Shown here piece after piece: positions 25,646 through 36,926 of a stretch of 64,000 nucleotides of DNA. Numbering within the stretch: position 1 is the first letter of the stretch; every line of letters starts with the position of its first letter. The translations under genes were made by a program, and so were the position numbers. Where the stretch lies: the NCBI GenBank assembly GCA_976551045.1, contig CDPCPM010000026.1:19344001-19408000 (forward strand). Reading direction: 5' to 3'. A model generated the notes under the pieces. It was given only the letters and a program-made list of their open reading frames with translations. It ran no database searches and was not told the origin of the DNA. The stretch is from Glaucostegus cemiculus (lineage: Eukaryota).

Positions 25646-26715
25646 TCTTCAGCTACATTTATTCCCTATTTCTTATCACCATTGAAGGAACCAATTGGAG
25701 TACATACCACCTGCCCAAGTGAAATCATCCAGATCACTGCAGATCAGGCAATTGAGCATGAAACATCCTTCATGTGTATACACAGGCCAATCTATCAGCA
25801 GAGAGAGTCCTTTAATTTTCTTATATTTGTAATTTCTCTTCTCATATGAAACATTCCCCCATGATTTCTGATCTTTAAATAAAGACATTCAGAAAAAGAA
25901 CGTAGCCTTTATAGAATGAAAGCTATTGATTGATTTTAGGCAATTTATCAACGTGACTAAAGGACTTAATATTAAAAACAAATATTAGCCTTCTTAATGA
26001 GACTTCATAGACATACTCCTCTCCCACAAAATTGTAACCTATTTGATTCAGGACATAGATAGCTTTAAAACTTAAAAAAAATAAGTCATTTGACATTTCC
26101 TGAAACAAGTTATAAAAAAAAGCAGAGATATCCAAGCAGAGCATGGCTCAAACAGAGGTTCCTCAGCTCCTGCTTTACTCAATTGCTTCCAGACGTAGGG
26201 ACAGTGGGTTTGTGGATTTGGCATACAGCATGAAGCCTTTGAACTAGAAATTATTTCCACATCCAAATGGAAAATTAACTTTTAAAAAATTAATGTCTTT
26301 TGCACTAAAAAAGGACATTAAATTCAAACTTTGACATATTTTAAATAACACTACAACTTCAATCTCAAAATTTTCCTGTAAAAATGTGCATTGTTTTGCC
26401 AGAAAAAAAGACATTAAACCTAGATTCTGAGTGCTCCTTTGATTGTTCCAAGAGATTCTATAGTACTTCAAACGAATTGGGAATTTTTCCATGTCCTGGC
26501 TAACATTTATTCTTCAATCAATAATTTCTCAATTCAAAAGGGAGTTATTGGGCATATGCGAGAGAGAATAATTTGCAAGCAGTACAGGGAAATAAGGAGA
26601 GAGGGAATGAAACTGATGGGATTGCTCCCCTGGGAGCCTGCATGGACCTAAGTGGGCCAAATGTCTACCTTTTGTTGTAACATAACAAATTACTGATGAA
26701 GAAACATCTGAAGTA

Positions 26716-26810
26716 CCAGTCCTGAAGGAGGATCTCAACCCGAAACGTCAACTGTTTATTTCGCTCCGTAGTTGCTGCATGACCTGCTGAATTCCTCCAA
26801 AATTTTGTGG
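26716..26810 (+). repeat. Half copy of the Penelope-associated repeat with a near-complete minimal hammerhead motif
   Basis: CAGTC-CTGAAGG-AGGATCTCAACCC-GAAA-CGTC-AACTG gives stem I, a CUGAnGA variant, stem II, GAAA and the cleavage triplet. Confidence 0.65.
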
Positions 26811-28109
26811 GAGTTGTAATAACAATGAGAAAAATAATCAGGTAATTTGTTATGTGCAATTTGGTTACTACTTCCCCCCCCCCCCCCAAAAGTACAATAG
26901 AAATTATAGGTTCATTGTCACCAAATTGCTTTTGGACATCCCACTGACACACAAGCTGTGCATAAAAGCAGGTTACATTATTTATTTCACCATTTCACAG
27001 ATCTGTAGAGATAACATGGCCAGTTAAATAAAACTGATGGTTACAGATCCAGGAAAGATAGCTTTCTGGCACTGAAAATTAACAGACAATACCAGTCTGG
27101 ATGTGAAACGTATCTAAAACAGTCATATAATTGTGAATGAGAAGTCCATGCATGGAGGTAATTTTTAGCAGATTTACTTTTACACCCCATTATACCCTTT
27201 TCTGCTGCTCACAAAATCTTGAACGTTTTACAATAAAGAAAGGCTGGTGGGGGACTTCCAAGATATCAAAGGCAAGCCAGATCTTAATATCCTGACATAA
27301 ATCACATAAGTGCTTTGGGGAAGTTCCATTATTAACAGGGCAGAGATCCAGAACTCTGGAGACTGCAAGGAAGCTGAATCTGTAGGACTCAAGTTGTACA
27401 ATTCCTTACTGCCAAATGCTCCTTTGACAACATTATCCACATAATCAGCTACCATATGTGTGTTAATGACACATGGTTCTACTTCACTGACTCCTCCATT
27501 GAACTAAAGATTTGTCTCAAAGTTTCAAACTCCCTGTCTAATATTAAGATCTGGATAGCTCCAAATGTAATTGTTGTTCTAAGCCTCTGGGCTTGAGACA
27601 ATCAACTTTGCCACTCTTCTCCCCCTGCACCATACCGCACAGCTCTGCCAGCCGTGGCCCATGCAGCAAGTTTCAACAGGGCCAAGGCCTGGAATTAGGC
27701 CCAACATCATCTGCTGCTTTACTGAGTGTCGACTGGGGCATTGGAGAAGGAGGTCAATGGACAGCCCGATCAGAGCCAGGGTTGCCAAGTGACTGGGGCT
27801 GAGGGTGGAGGTCATCAGAATGCAATCAGAATGTTGTCAACTTGCCTGTAATTTCATCCTCTCCCAGGTCCACCTGACTCCATTTCAAATCTGTTATCCT
27901 TAAATCCTTTCATGGCCTCATTGACCCTCGCTGAGATAATTAGCACATCGTTCTTCATGAAATACCTGATCCTCTAACGCCATTCTCCGCTTTCAATAGA
28001 AATGCTAGATATAACGTACACCTAATTGCACATGGACATTTTTATGTGGTATTGCCACCAATAGTGCGGATATCTCTTGGACATCATGAATCATTCTAAC
28101 AGGTTTCAC

Positions 28110-28460
28110 CAGATTCATTTCTTAGGCAAACCCTTGGGACTTGCTTCCAGTTTTCAGAGTTCTGAGGTGGCGGATGAGGCCAATGCCCCTCCACAGATAA
28201 GGCAAGACAGTTCTCGACGGACCAGATGAAAGGGTAGTTTGAGGTAGTGTGCTCCTTACGCCACTTACTGTGTGTTCCCAGTGCATGGCCTTGAGGTTCT
28301 CATTAACTTTCCACAGGTTTCTCCTCTACTTTGAGGAGTCATAGGCCAGAGATTCCCAGGAGTCAGTGAGAATATTGATCCCATGGCAGCTCTGAAAAGC
28401 ACGTCTATTTGGGAGTCTGGAATCGGGCATGCAAATGACCTGGTCTGCTCAAAGTCCTGA
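28110..28460 (-). mobile_element. Decayed RTE-like LINE 3' fragment
   Basis: agagttctgaggtggcggatgaggccaatg...gggagtctggaatcgggcatg is similar to 59560-59910. Confidence 0.6.
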
Positions 28461-28555
28461 AGCAGTAACGTGAATCAGTAGAGGCAGCAGAACAATGCCC
28501 TTACTAAACAAATATAATCTAGCAATCTGCAATTCCAGTCATGATACCTGTTTGT

Positions 28556-28906
28556 GTCATAGGGTGATGGGGCACAAAATAGGGTCTTCAGCCCACCATG
28601 TCCATGCCAACCAAGCAGCTGTCTGCAGTAATCTTATTATTCTTCTCACATCCCCCATCTACTGCACCCCCTCAGATTCTCCCGCTACCCAGCCACACTA
28701 CTGCAAATTAACAGCAGCCAATTAACCCATCAACCAATAGGTCTTTGGCATGTGGAAGGAAACAAGAGCACCTGGGGAGGCCTGAAAAAACTCCACACAA
28801 ACAGTACATAGACACAAGACTCCACACAGTATCTAAGGTGCGGATTGAAACCAGGTCTCTGGAGCCGCGAGGCAACAGCACTAATCACTGAACAACTGTG
28901 CTGCCC
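28556..28906 (-). mobile_element. V-SINE (tRNA head, V core, CR1-like tail)
   Basis: ggcatgtggaaggaaacaagagcacctgggg core, gattgaaaccaggtc B-box and ctgtgctgccc 5' end. Confidence 0.8.
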
Positions 28907-29043
28907 TGGTTGAGAGTGGGGTAATGGCAGGATGAGATCTCAAGGACAGTTCCCTATTCCTCCTTTGGACAACCTATCTGTGCATAACAATGCTTCAGCA
29001 AGACTTTAAACTTACGAACATAAGAAAAAAGGAGCAAGAGTAG

Positions 29044-29279
29044 TGTAGCAGCCAGCAGGGTGCGACTTAGAAAAAACACAAGGACACGGAGACTCGATCG
29101 AGCACGTTTTTAATAACTCACCAAAAGCCGCGCATATCCCAAACTACAAAAAACATGGCCGACGGAAGTGACATCATACTCCCACCGGAAGTCCCGCCTT
29201 CCGGCACTATCGCAGGAACTCGCGCGTTTCCCCGCAACGGCCGACGGCGTTTCAGACCACGATATCGTGAGTCGCTACA
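29044..29279 (-). repeat. 3' LTR (236 bp)
   Basis: Direct repeat of 33060-33294 (about 15 substitutions and 1 indel by manual count). Adjacent C-run at about 29282-29302 is the polypurine tract on the minus strand. Confidence 0.96.
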
Positions 29280-29329
29280 CACCCCCCCCCCCCCCCCCCC
29301 CCAAGGAACGCCAGTGGAGGTGCCCAATC

Positions 29330-32300
29330 GCCCAGATCGCCCAACCCGATCGCCCAGCTTGGAAGGCCTACCCCGCCGGCGTGGCGAAGGCACCCTGACC
29401 GGGTGTGCAATGTCCAGATGCGCCGGCTTCAGGCGGTCCACTGTGAAAGTCTGCTCACGACCCCCAACCTCAACCACATATGTTGAACCACTGCGCCGGA
29501 CCACCCGGAAAGGCCCCTTGTACGGTTTCTGCAGGGGCGACCCATGTGCCCCCAGGCGGATGAAAACGTACTCACAGTCCTGGAGGTCCTTCGGAACGAA
29601 AGAAGGCGTTGTGCCGTGCCTGGAGACCGGGACTGGTGCCAAGGTCCCCACCTTGGCCCGCAGCTTCGCTAACACTTCCGCCGGGGTCCCTGCTGGGTCC
29701 TGAGCCCCTGGTACAAACTCGCCCGGTACCGTGAGGGGGGAACCATAGACCAGCTCGGCTGAGGAGGTGCCCAAATCTTCCTTGGGGGCCGTACGGATGC
29801 CCAGCAGGACCCAGGGGAGCTCATCTGTCCAGTTAGGGCCCTGCATGCGAGCCATCAGGGCGGACTTGAGGTGCCGGTGGAAACGCTCCAACAAACCATT
29901 GGCCTGCGGGTGCTATGCTGTGGTGTGATGCAGGTGGGAACCCAGGAGCTGCGCCAGTGCCGCCCACAAGCCGGACGTGAACTGCACCCCTCGGTCGGAG
30001 GTAATGTCCGCCGGGAGGCCAAACCGGGCAATCCAGTGGGCAATGAGGGCTCTGGCACAGGACGCGGTGGACGTGTCTGCCAGCGGCACTGCCTCTGGCC
30101 ACCTGGTGAACTCTGGCCACCACAGTGAAAATGTACCTGGTGCCCCGGGAAACTGGCAGTGGTCCGACGATGTCCACGTGAATGTGCTGGAACCTGCCAA
30201 GCGTTGGCTGAAAATGCTGGAGGGGAGCCTTCACGTGCCGCTAGACCTTGGCCGCCTGACAGTGCACGCAGGTTCTGGCCCAGTGCCCCACATGCTTGCG
30301 TAGACCATGCCATACGAATTTTTCTGCTACCATCCTGATAGTCGCCCTGATGGACGGGTGGGCCAGGCTATGCAGGGCATCGAAAACCCGTCGTCTCCAC
30401 GCTGCTGGCACCACCGGCCGGGGTCTGCCAGTAGACGTGTCACACAGGAGCTGGATCGCCGTAGGGCCAACAGGAACACCTTCCAGCCGGAGTCCCAAGA
30501 GCATGGTGCGGTATGCCGGGATCTCGTCGTCTGCCTGCTGCGCTTGCGCCAGTGCCGTGTAGTCGATGCCTGTGGCTGGGGTGGTCGCTGAATGGATGTG
30601 GGGGCGGGACAGCGTGTCGGCAACCACATTGCTCTTCCCAGCGATGTGGCGGATGTCGGTGGTAAACTCCGAAATGAAGGAGAGGTTCTGTTGCTGCCGA
30701 GCCGACCACGGGTCAGACGTCTTTGCCAGGGCAAACGTGAGGGGCTTGTGGTCTGTGTAGATGGTAAGGTACCTCCCTCAAGGAAATAACGGAAATGGCG
30801 GACAGCCAGGTAAAGAGCCAGCAGCTCCCTGTCAAAAACGCTGTACCTGACCTCTGGCGGCCGCAAATATCGGCTGAAAAAAGCGAGTGGTCTCCACTGG
30901 CCCTCAACGAGTTGTTCCAAGACCCCACCGACCACCGTGTCGGAAGCGTCGACAGTGAGCGCTGTGGGGACGTCGACTCTTGGGTGCACCAGAAGTGTTG
31001 CCTTGGCCAGTGCCTCCTTAGCCTGATCGAAAGCTGCCGAGGCCTCCGTGTCCCAAACAACATCCTTGGCCTTGCCGGCCATGAGTCCGAACAAGGGCCG
31101 CATGATGCGTGCTGCTGCGGGCACAAAATGGTGGTAGAAGTTCACCATTCCCACGAATTCTTGCAGGCCCTTGACTGTGTAGGGCTTGGGAAATTGGAGG
31201 ACGGCCTGCACCTTGTCGGGTAGCGGGGTGGTGCTATGCTGGTTCACCCTGTGGCCCAAGAAGTCGATCTCCCGCAGCCCAAACTGGCATTTTGCCAAGT
31301 TGATCACCAACCCGTGGTCGCTCAGGCGCTGGCAGAGCTGACGGAGATGGGCTGAGTGCTCCTTGCTGGCTACCAGGATGTCATCCAGGTATACAAAAGT
31401 GAAATCGAGGCCTCTGCTCACCAAGTCCATTAGACGTTGAAAAGTCTGGGCGGCGTCCTTTAAGCCGAAAGCCATTCAGAGGAACTCGAATAGCCCAAAG
31501 GGGGTGATGAGGGCTGTCTTGGGCACGTCATCGGGGTGAACAGGGATCTGATGGTATCCCCGGACCAGGTCAATCCTAGAGAAAATGGTCGCCCCATGGA
31601 GGTTCGCTGTGAAGTCCTGGATGTGGGGCACAGGGTACCTGTTGGCAGTTGTGGCATCATTGAGCCTCCTGTAGTCTCCGCAGGGTCTCCAGCCCCCCGC
31701 TGCTTTGGGCACCATGTGGAGCGGGGATGCCCATGGGCTGTTGGAACAGCGGATGATGCCCAACTCCTCCATCCTGCGAAACTCCTCCTTGGCGAGGCAG
31801 AGCTTGTCGGGCGGGAGCCTGCGGGTACGGGCATGTAGCGGAGGTCCCTGTGTGGTGATGCAGTGCTGCACACTGTGCTTGGGGACTGCAGCGGAGAATT
31901 GCGGGGTGATAATGGAAGAAAACTCTGCCAACACCTTAGCAAACTCGTTGTTGGAGAGTGCAACAGAGTCAAGGTGGGGCGCAGGTGACCGGGCCTTCCC
32001 GAGCTGGTAGCTTTGGAAAGTCTCAGCATGGACCAGACGCCGGCCCTTCAGATCGACCAGCAAGCGGTTGGCACGCAGGAAATCCGCCCCTAGCAGTAGC
32101 TGCGATACCGCTGCTACAGTGAAAGTCCAGGTAAACGAACTGGTCCCAAAATGTAATGGGATGGTGCGCAGGCCGTAGGTGCGTATGGTAGAGCCGTTCG
32201 CAGCGGTGAGTTCAGGGCCTTTGACTGCGTTGCGGTTATCCATGTTGGAGGGGGGAAGGACGCTGATTTCGGCCCCCATATCCACCAGGAAACGCCGCCC

Positions 32301-32384
32301 AGTGAGCCGGTCCCGAAGGAAGCGTAGGCTGTCTCGCTGGCCAGCCGTCGAAGCCACTAACGACGGCCGGCCTCGGCGTTTCCC
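29330..32384 (-). pseudogene. Gypsy pol (protease-RT-RNase H-integrase), disrupted by several frameshifts and stops
   Basis: [10 protein letters not shown] (protease DTG mutated), [25 protein letters not shown] (HSLAH...CVHC), HIHVDIVGP, ITSDRGVQF, ERFHR and the GPY/F motif PYKGPF. The 3' end is approximate. Confidence 0.93.
32339..32384 (-). promoter_or_regulatory. -1 programmed ribosomal frameshift signal at the gag-pol junction
   Basis: G GGA AAC heptamer in the gag frame (32384-32378), a 5-nt spacer, then a 12-bp stem GGCCGGCCGUCG/CGACGGCUGGCC with a 10-nt loop. Pol is in the -1 frame. Confidence 0.82.
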
Positions 32385-33021
32385 GGGAAAGAACACGGTG
32401 GCTGGCAGTGGCGCGCATTCGTTGCCCTGGGCCTTTGTCTTTGTCCTCTGTGGGCCCTGACGGTTTGGGTTTTGGAACCTTAGCCGGAGGCTGCGAGGAC
32501 GCTGCTACACAGGCAGAGGCCACTCCTCGCCGCCGACTGCACCAAATGACGTCCGCTGTGGCCGCGAGGGCACGCGGGTCGCCGAAATCTCCGTTGGCGA
32601 GGAGGGGGCGCATATCATCCGGGAGTTGCTCGAGGAATAGCTGCCAGAACAGGAAACATGGCTGATGGCTGTCCATGAGTGCCAGCATCTCGTCCATCAA
32701 CTCCGAGGGCTTGCGGTCGCCTAGGCCGTCCATATGGAGGAGCCTCGTGGCTCGGTCGCTGAGGGAAAGGCCGAACATGCGGATGAGGAGAGCCTTGATT
32801 CAGGTGTACCTGTCCTCCGTCGGTGGCTCGCGTAGGAAATCGATGATGCGACCGGCTATGTCCTGGTCGAGGGCGCTGACCACGTAGTAATACTTCGTGG
32901 CGTCGGCTTCAATGCTCCTGACGCTGAACTGGGCCTCCGTCTGTTCAAACCAGACTTGAGGCTGCGAGGTCCAGAAAACCGGGAGCTTGAGTGCCACGGA
33001 GTTGTGGGAGTCAGTATCCAT
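32357..33021 (-). pseudogene. Gypsy gag, disrupted
   Basis: MDTDSHNSVALKLPVFWTSQPQVWFEQTEAQF...LGDRKPSELMDEM. Premature stop at 32800, then a frameshifting deletion before the remnant [19 protein letters not shown]. Confidence 0.85.
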
Positions 33022-33043
33022 GATTCCAGATGCCGTCTGGAAT

Positions 33044-33057
33044 CGTCGGGGTCACCA
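33044..33057 (-). promoter_or_regulatory. Primer-binding site complementary to the tRNA-Trp 3' end
   Basis: Minus strand TGGTGACCCCGACG equals the first 14 nt of the tRNA-Trp PBS used by avian sarcoma/leukosis viruses (TGGTGACCCCGACGTGAT). Confidence 0.88.
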
Positions 33058-33059
33058 AA

Positions 33060-33294
33060 TGTAGCAGCCAGCAGGGTGCGACTTAGAAAAAACACGAGGA
33101 CACGGAGACTTGATCGAGCAGTTTTTAATAACTCACCAAAAGCCGCGCATATCCCGAACTACAAAAAACATGGCTGGCGAAAGTGATGTCATACTCCCAC
33201 CGGAAGTCCCGCCTTCCGGCACTATCATGGGAACTCGCTCGTTTCCCCGCGACGGCCGACGGTGTTTCAGACCCCGATATCGTGAGTCGCTACA
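33060..33294 (-). repeat. 5' LTR (235 bp)
   Basis: Direct repeat of 29044-29279, followed on the minus strand by TT and then the PBS. Confidence 0.96.
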
Positions 33295-33894
33295 GTAGAT
33301 AATTCAGTTCCTCAAGCCTGCCCCATCATTCAACATGATCGTGGCTAATCTGCCCCAGGCCTCATCGCCTCTTCTGTGCCAGCTCTCGATTCACTGATCC
33401 TTCCTCCTTAAAAACTCAGAATGATTTAACCTCCACAACCCTCCGGGACGGGGAATCCCAAAGATTCTCCACCCCTGTGAGAAGTTCTGATGCAGCTCAG
33501 TTTTAAATGACCACCCCTAATCTTGTAACTACATCCCTTTGTTCGAGATTCTTCCATGGGGCGGGGGGGGGGGGGGGTGGAGAAAGAGAGGAAAACATCT
33601 CAACATCTTTCCTGTGGTGTCCCCTTAAGGATGAAAGTTTTGAAAGAATAATAAGGGAAAGAGGATTTCCTTTGATGGGAGAGGAAATGATGAGAAATCA
33701 CCAATTTAAATTTCTAAGAGTATGAGGAGGGATAAGAGAAACTATTTAGAGTTGTTGGAACATTGTTTTGCAATGGAGTGTGGTCGAAGCAAATATCATT
33801 TTACCATTTGAAATTTTACGGGCTAAATTGAAGCAGCATCGATTGTGATTTGCAATAGTGGCATCAATTGTCACCAAACGCTACTGCTGTAAAT

Positions 33895-34110
33895 GTTTGA
33901 TGAAGGAGGCCATTCAACCCATCTGATCCACACCAGCACCCAGCAGAGCAATCTCCTCAGTCCCACGCTTCTTCAAAATCCAGGGCAGCTAACAGAATGC
34001 CACATGTTCATGGGCAGAATGTGCAAATTCCACACAGACAGCGCCAAGGGTCGGATCAAACCCCAGAGCCCTGAGGCAACAGTACTAACTGCTGCTGATG
34101 CTCTGTGCCA
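33895..34110 (-). mobile_element. Decayed V-SINE
   Basis: agaatgtgcaaattccacacagacagcgccaagggtcggatcaaaccc. Confidence 0.65.
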
Positions 34111-34849
34111 CCCTCAAACCCACCTCTGCCCACAATGGCACCATGTGCATGAAAGACCAGAGTAAAACTCAGCATGGTGTGTCATACCCACACAGAGGTG
34201 CTGACTACTTTGAGCCATCAATTTCCTGTTCCAAAACTATCACATGGTACATAAAAACCTTACACTGTGTGATAAAGTATTTAGCTCCATGTGTTCAAGC
34301 TCTGGCCAACAATTCAGCTCAGAGTCTGAGTGACCATACAATGCTGTCTTGTTCATGATGTCAACTTTTGGACAAAGTACCAAAAGCCACTATGTGAAAT
34401 GTTGCATGTGTTCTCTTAGTACCTTGGCCAACGTTCCACTCTCAGCCACCACATTCAAAAGATGACTGGAATTTCATCATAAATATTGTTACAGAAATTG
34501 TTCACACCTGGGTATTTTCCATGCCCGTGTGGCGACAATATGAAAAAGTGTATTGTCGATTGTGAAGAGCTTTGCAATATGCTGAAGTACTCCATAAATA
34601 TAAATTAAATGTAATCAGAATTGTTTTTCCAAAGTTCAACATCTGTACACTGGGACGGTTCACAGGAGTAAAGTGGTCGCATGGTAATTAAGTTACCCCA
34701 CGAGAACTCCACAGGGTTGGACTAAAGGTTTAGACATTAAAGTTCAGATCCCATCATGAAATTGTTGAATTAAAACTCTGTTAATATTTGTCTTAGTGAA
34801 CATGTCATAAAACCCTTCTAGTTTCACTAGTGCCCTTCAGGAAAGAAAT

Positions 34850-35045
34850 CTGTTGCCTGGGACAGTGGTGGAGGCAGGCACATTGGTCAAATTCAAGAGA
34901 TTACTAGATAAGCATATGGAGGAATTTAAACTAGAGGGATATGTGGGAGGAAGGGGTTAGATAGTCTTAGGTGAGGTTTACAGGTCAGCACAACATTGTG
35001 GGCCAAAGGGCCTGTATTGTGCTGTAATTACTATGATTCTATGAT
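34850..35045 (+). mobile_element. Short CR1 3' end inserted in an older SINE-like repeat (about 34670-35160)
   Basis: Closely similar to 11080-11265. Confidence 0.85.
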
Positions 35046-36436
35046 TAATTGGCTTGGCTTAAATGTGACTAGATCCACCCATCTGGTTGACTCCTACATG
35101 GCCCCTGAAACAGCCTCGCTGGTGACTCAGTGCAAGGTCAGTTATGGGTTAGCTTTACTGTGATGCTATATTCTAAAACATTAATAATAAAAACTGTCCC
35201 ACTCTCACTGCATCTTATTCTTAAAATGGAAGAATATTGTGGTTTATCTGGGCTTGCAGGAACTCTATTATATTTAGATTACTTAATCAAATACATTAAT
35301 CTAAAAAAAACCACAATTAGCATGGAAAGACTGACAATTAACCAATAGTTTTGGTCATTAGCTGAGGAAAGTGATTCCTCCAACAAGCTAGATAATTGAA
35401 GTCCTATTGTAAAACTACAATGTAATGGCAGAGATATTTCTGACTAGATCATGTGATCAGCAAACTGTAAATTTGATTCAGACAGGTTCACTTAACATTG
35501 CCAGATGAACTAGATTATTTCTGGCTGACAGTAGTCAAAGACATGCAAGGACATGTTTTTACCTGATTCCAGACATTGTGTTCATAACATGATTCAGTTA
35601 TATTGCTTAAGAATGCCATGTAGCAAACCTTCCTGACTATGGCCAATGATTCTTAATATATCAGAGTTCCACCGTTCCCACAGAGGTAATTCCTGGAATT
35701 ATTTGGACCTGTTGCAAATCTGGGACTGAGAGTGAGTGATGCCATTGTATCTGTCACAACACTCCATGTGGAGTTTAGCCACGAAGCCCAAACTTCTTGG
35801 CATTCCCCTCCACTATCCCATTCCGAGTCCATAACAGACTAGGCCTGGTGCAAGATCAGAGACCCCATATACTCAAATGGACATACTTGGTCTGTGGGAA
35901 ACGTGAATCCAACTGATTAATTATTTTCCCTTATTTATTGTTGCTAATAATATAAGTGTACAGCTAGATTTCATTTTTCTATTTTAGTTTTTAAAATATT
36001 CCTTGATAGTTTCTTTTTGTAATTACTTCAACTAATGTTAATAATTACAAACCATGAAATGCTTCACAGCTTTGACGCAAAAACTACCCCCGACTTTGGC
36101 TTCTGTCAAAGGGTGTTCCAGAGTTGAAACCTCAGAGTGACACCGCCCGAGGCTGACTTACAGCTCACACCTTACAGCTCGACTCCCAGAAACAAAGGCA
36201 TCAGTCCATTGATCTGAGCAGTATTGGTCCTTCAGGTATAGCTCAGCAGGTGACATAGCACAGCAGTTCTGGACAGAAGTCAGGTCCAGGAAGATCCTGC
36301 CTGACATTTAGTTTGATCCAAAAAACAGAGCATAAGTGGGGAAATTGCAGGGGAAATGGGACTGACTGAATTGCTCTGTGAAACCAGCACAGACTCAATG
36401 AGTTGTGACACTGCTCTGACTCTATGAACCCAGGGT

Positions 36437-36569
36437 AGACACAAGTAGACTGCAAATGCCAGAAACTGGAGCAAAAAACGAGCTGCTGGAGGAACTCAGT
36501 GAGTCGAGCAGCATCTGCGGAGGGATATGGACAGTCAATGTTTCAGGTTGAGGCCCCTCATCTGGACTG
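36437..36569 (-). repeat. Half copy of the Penelope-associated repeat with a hammerhead-like motif on the minus strand
   Basis: Minus strand: CAGTC-CAGATGA-GGGGCCTCAACCT-GAAA-CATT-GACTG. Confidence 0.7.
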
Positions 36570-36624
36570 CTGGACACAAGTATTCCATACAGCCTATATT
36601 TCATATTTCCTCACAACGTAGAAT

Positions 36625-36926
36625 GATGCCAATGCTGTCAAATCTATGCCAGCTCTCAGAGAAATACCTTCAACCCCCTACCCCAACATTTTCATTGTAA
36701 TTTATTTTCTCTCATTAGCTCCTCCTGACTCACCCATCATCCACCTATACCAGGGGTAGTTTACAGCAGTCAATTAACCAGCCAACATTTCTTTTTGGGA
36801 TATGGGAGGAAACCGGAGCATGCAGAGGAAACCCACACAGTCACATAGGGAATGTGTAGACCCACCAAGACAGCATGGAATACTGGAGCTGCAGGGCAGG
36901 GGCTCCAACAGCTACACCACTGTGCC
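36625..36926 (-). mobile_element. V-SINE
   Basis: gggatatgggaggaaaccggagcatgcagaggaaacccacacagtcaca. Confidence 0.8.

Larger units (their letters stand above)
29044..33294 (-). mobile_element. Full-length (4251 bp) decayed Ty3/Gypsy LTR retrotransposon, CsRn1/Kabuki-like
   Basis: Two LTRs (TGTAGC...GCTACA), TSD GTAG (29040-29043 and 33295-33298), PBS, poly-G PPT, domain order gag-PR-RT-RH-IN, no env. Inserted in a CR1 3' tail (29018-29043 and 33295-33630). Confidence 0.96.

Noticed and set aside
29044-33294. Bacterial or parasite contamination suggested by the GC jump
   Set aside because: The segment is bounded by LTRs and a GTAG TSD and splits a host CR1 tail, so it is integrated.
29155-33298. 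Many overlapping + strand and alternative-frame ORFs
   Set aside because: They are shadow ORFs of GC-rich Gypsy gag-pol and LTR sequence, with no independent protein motifs.
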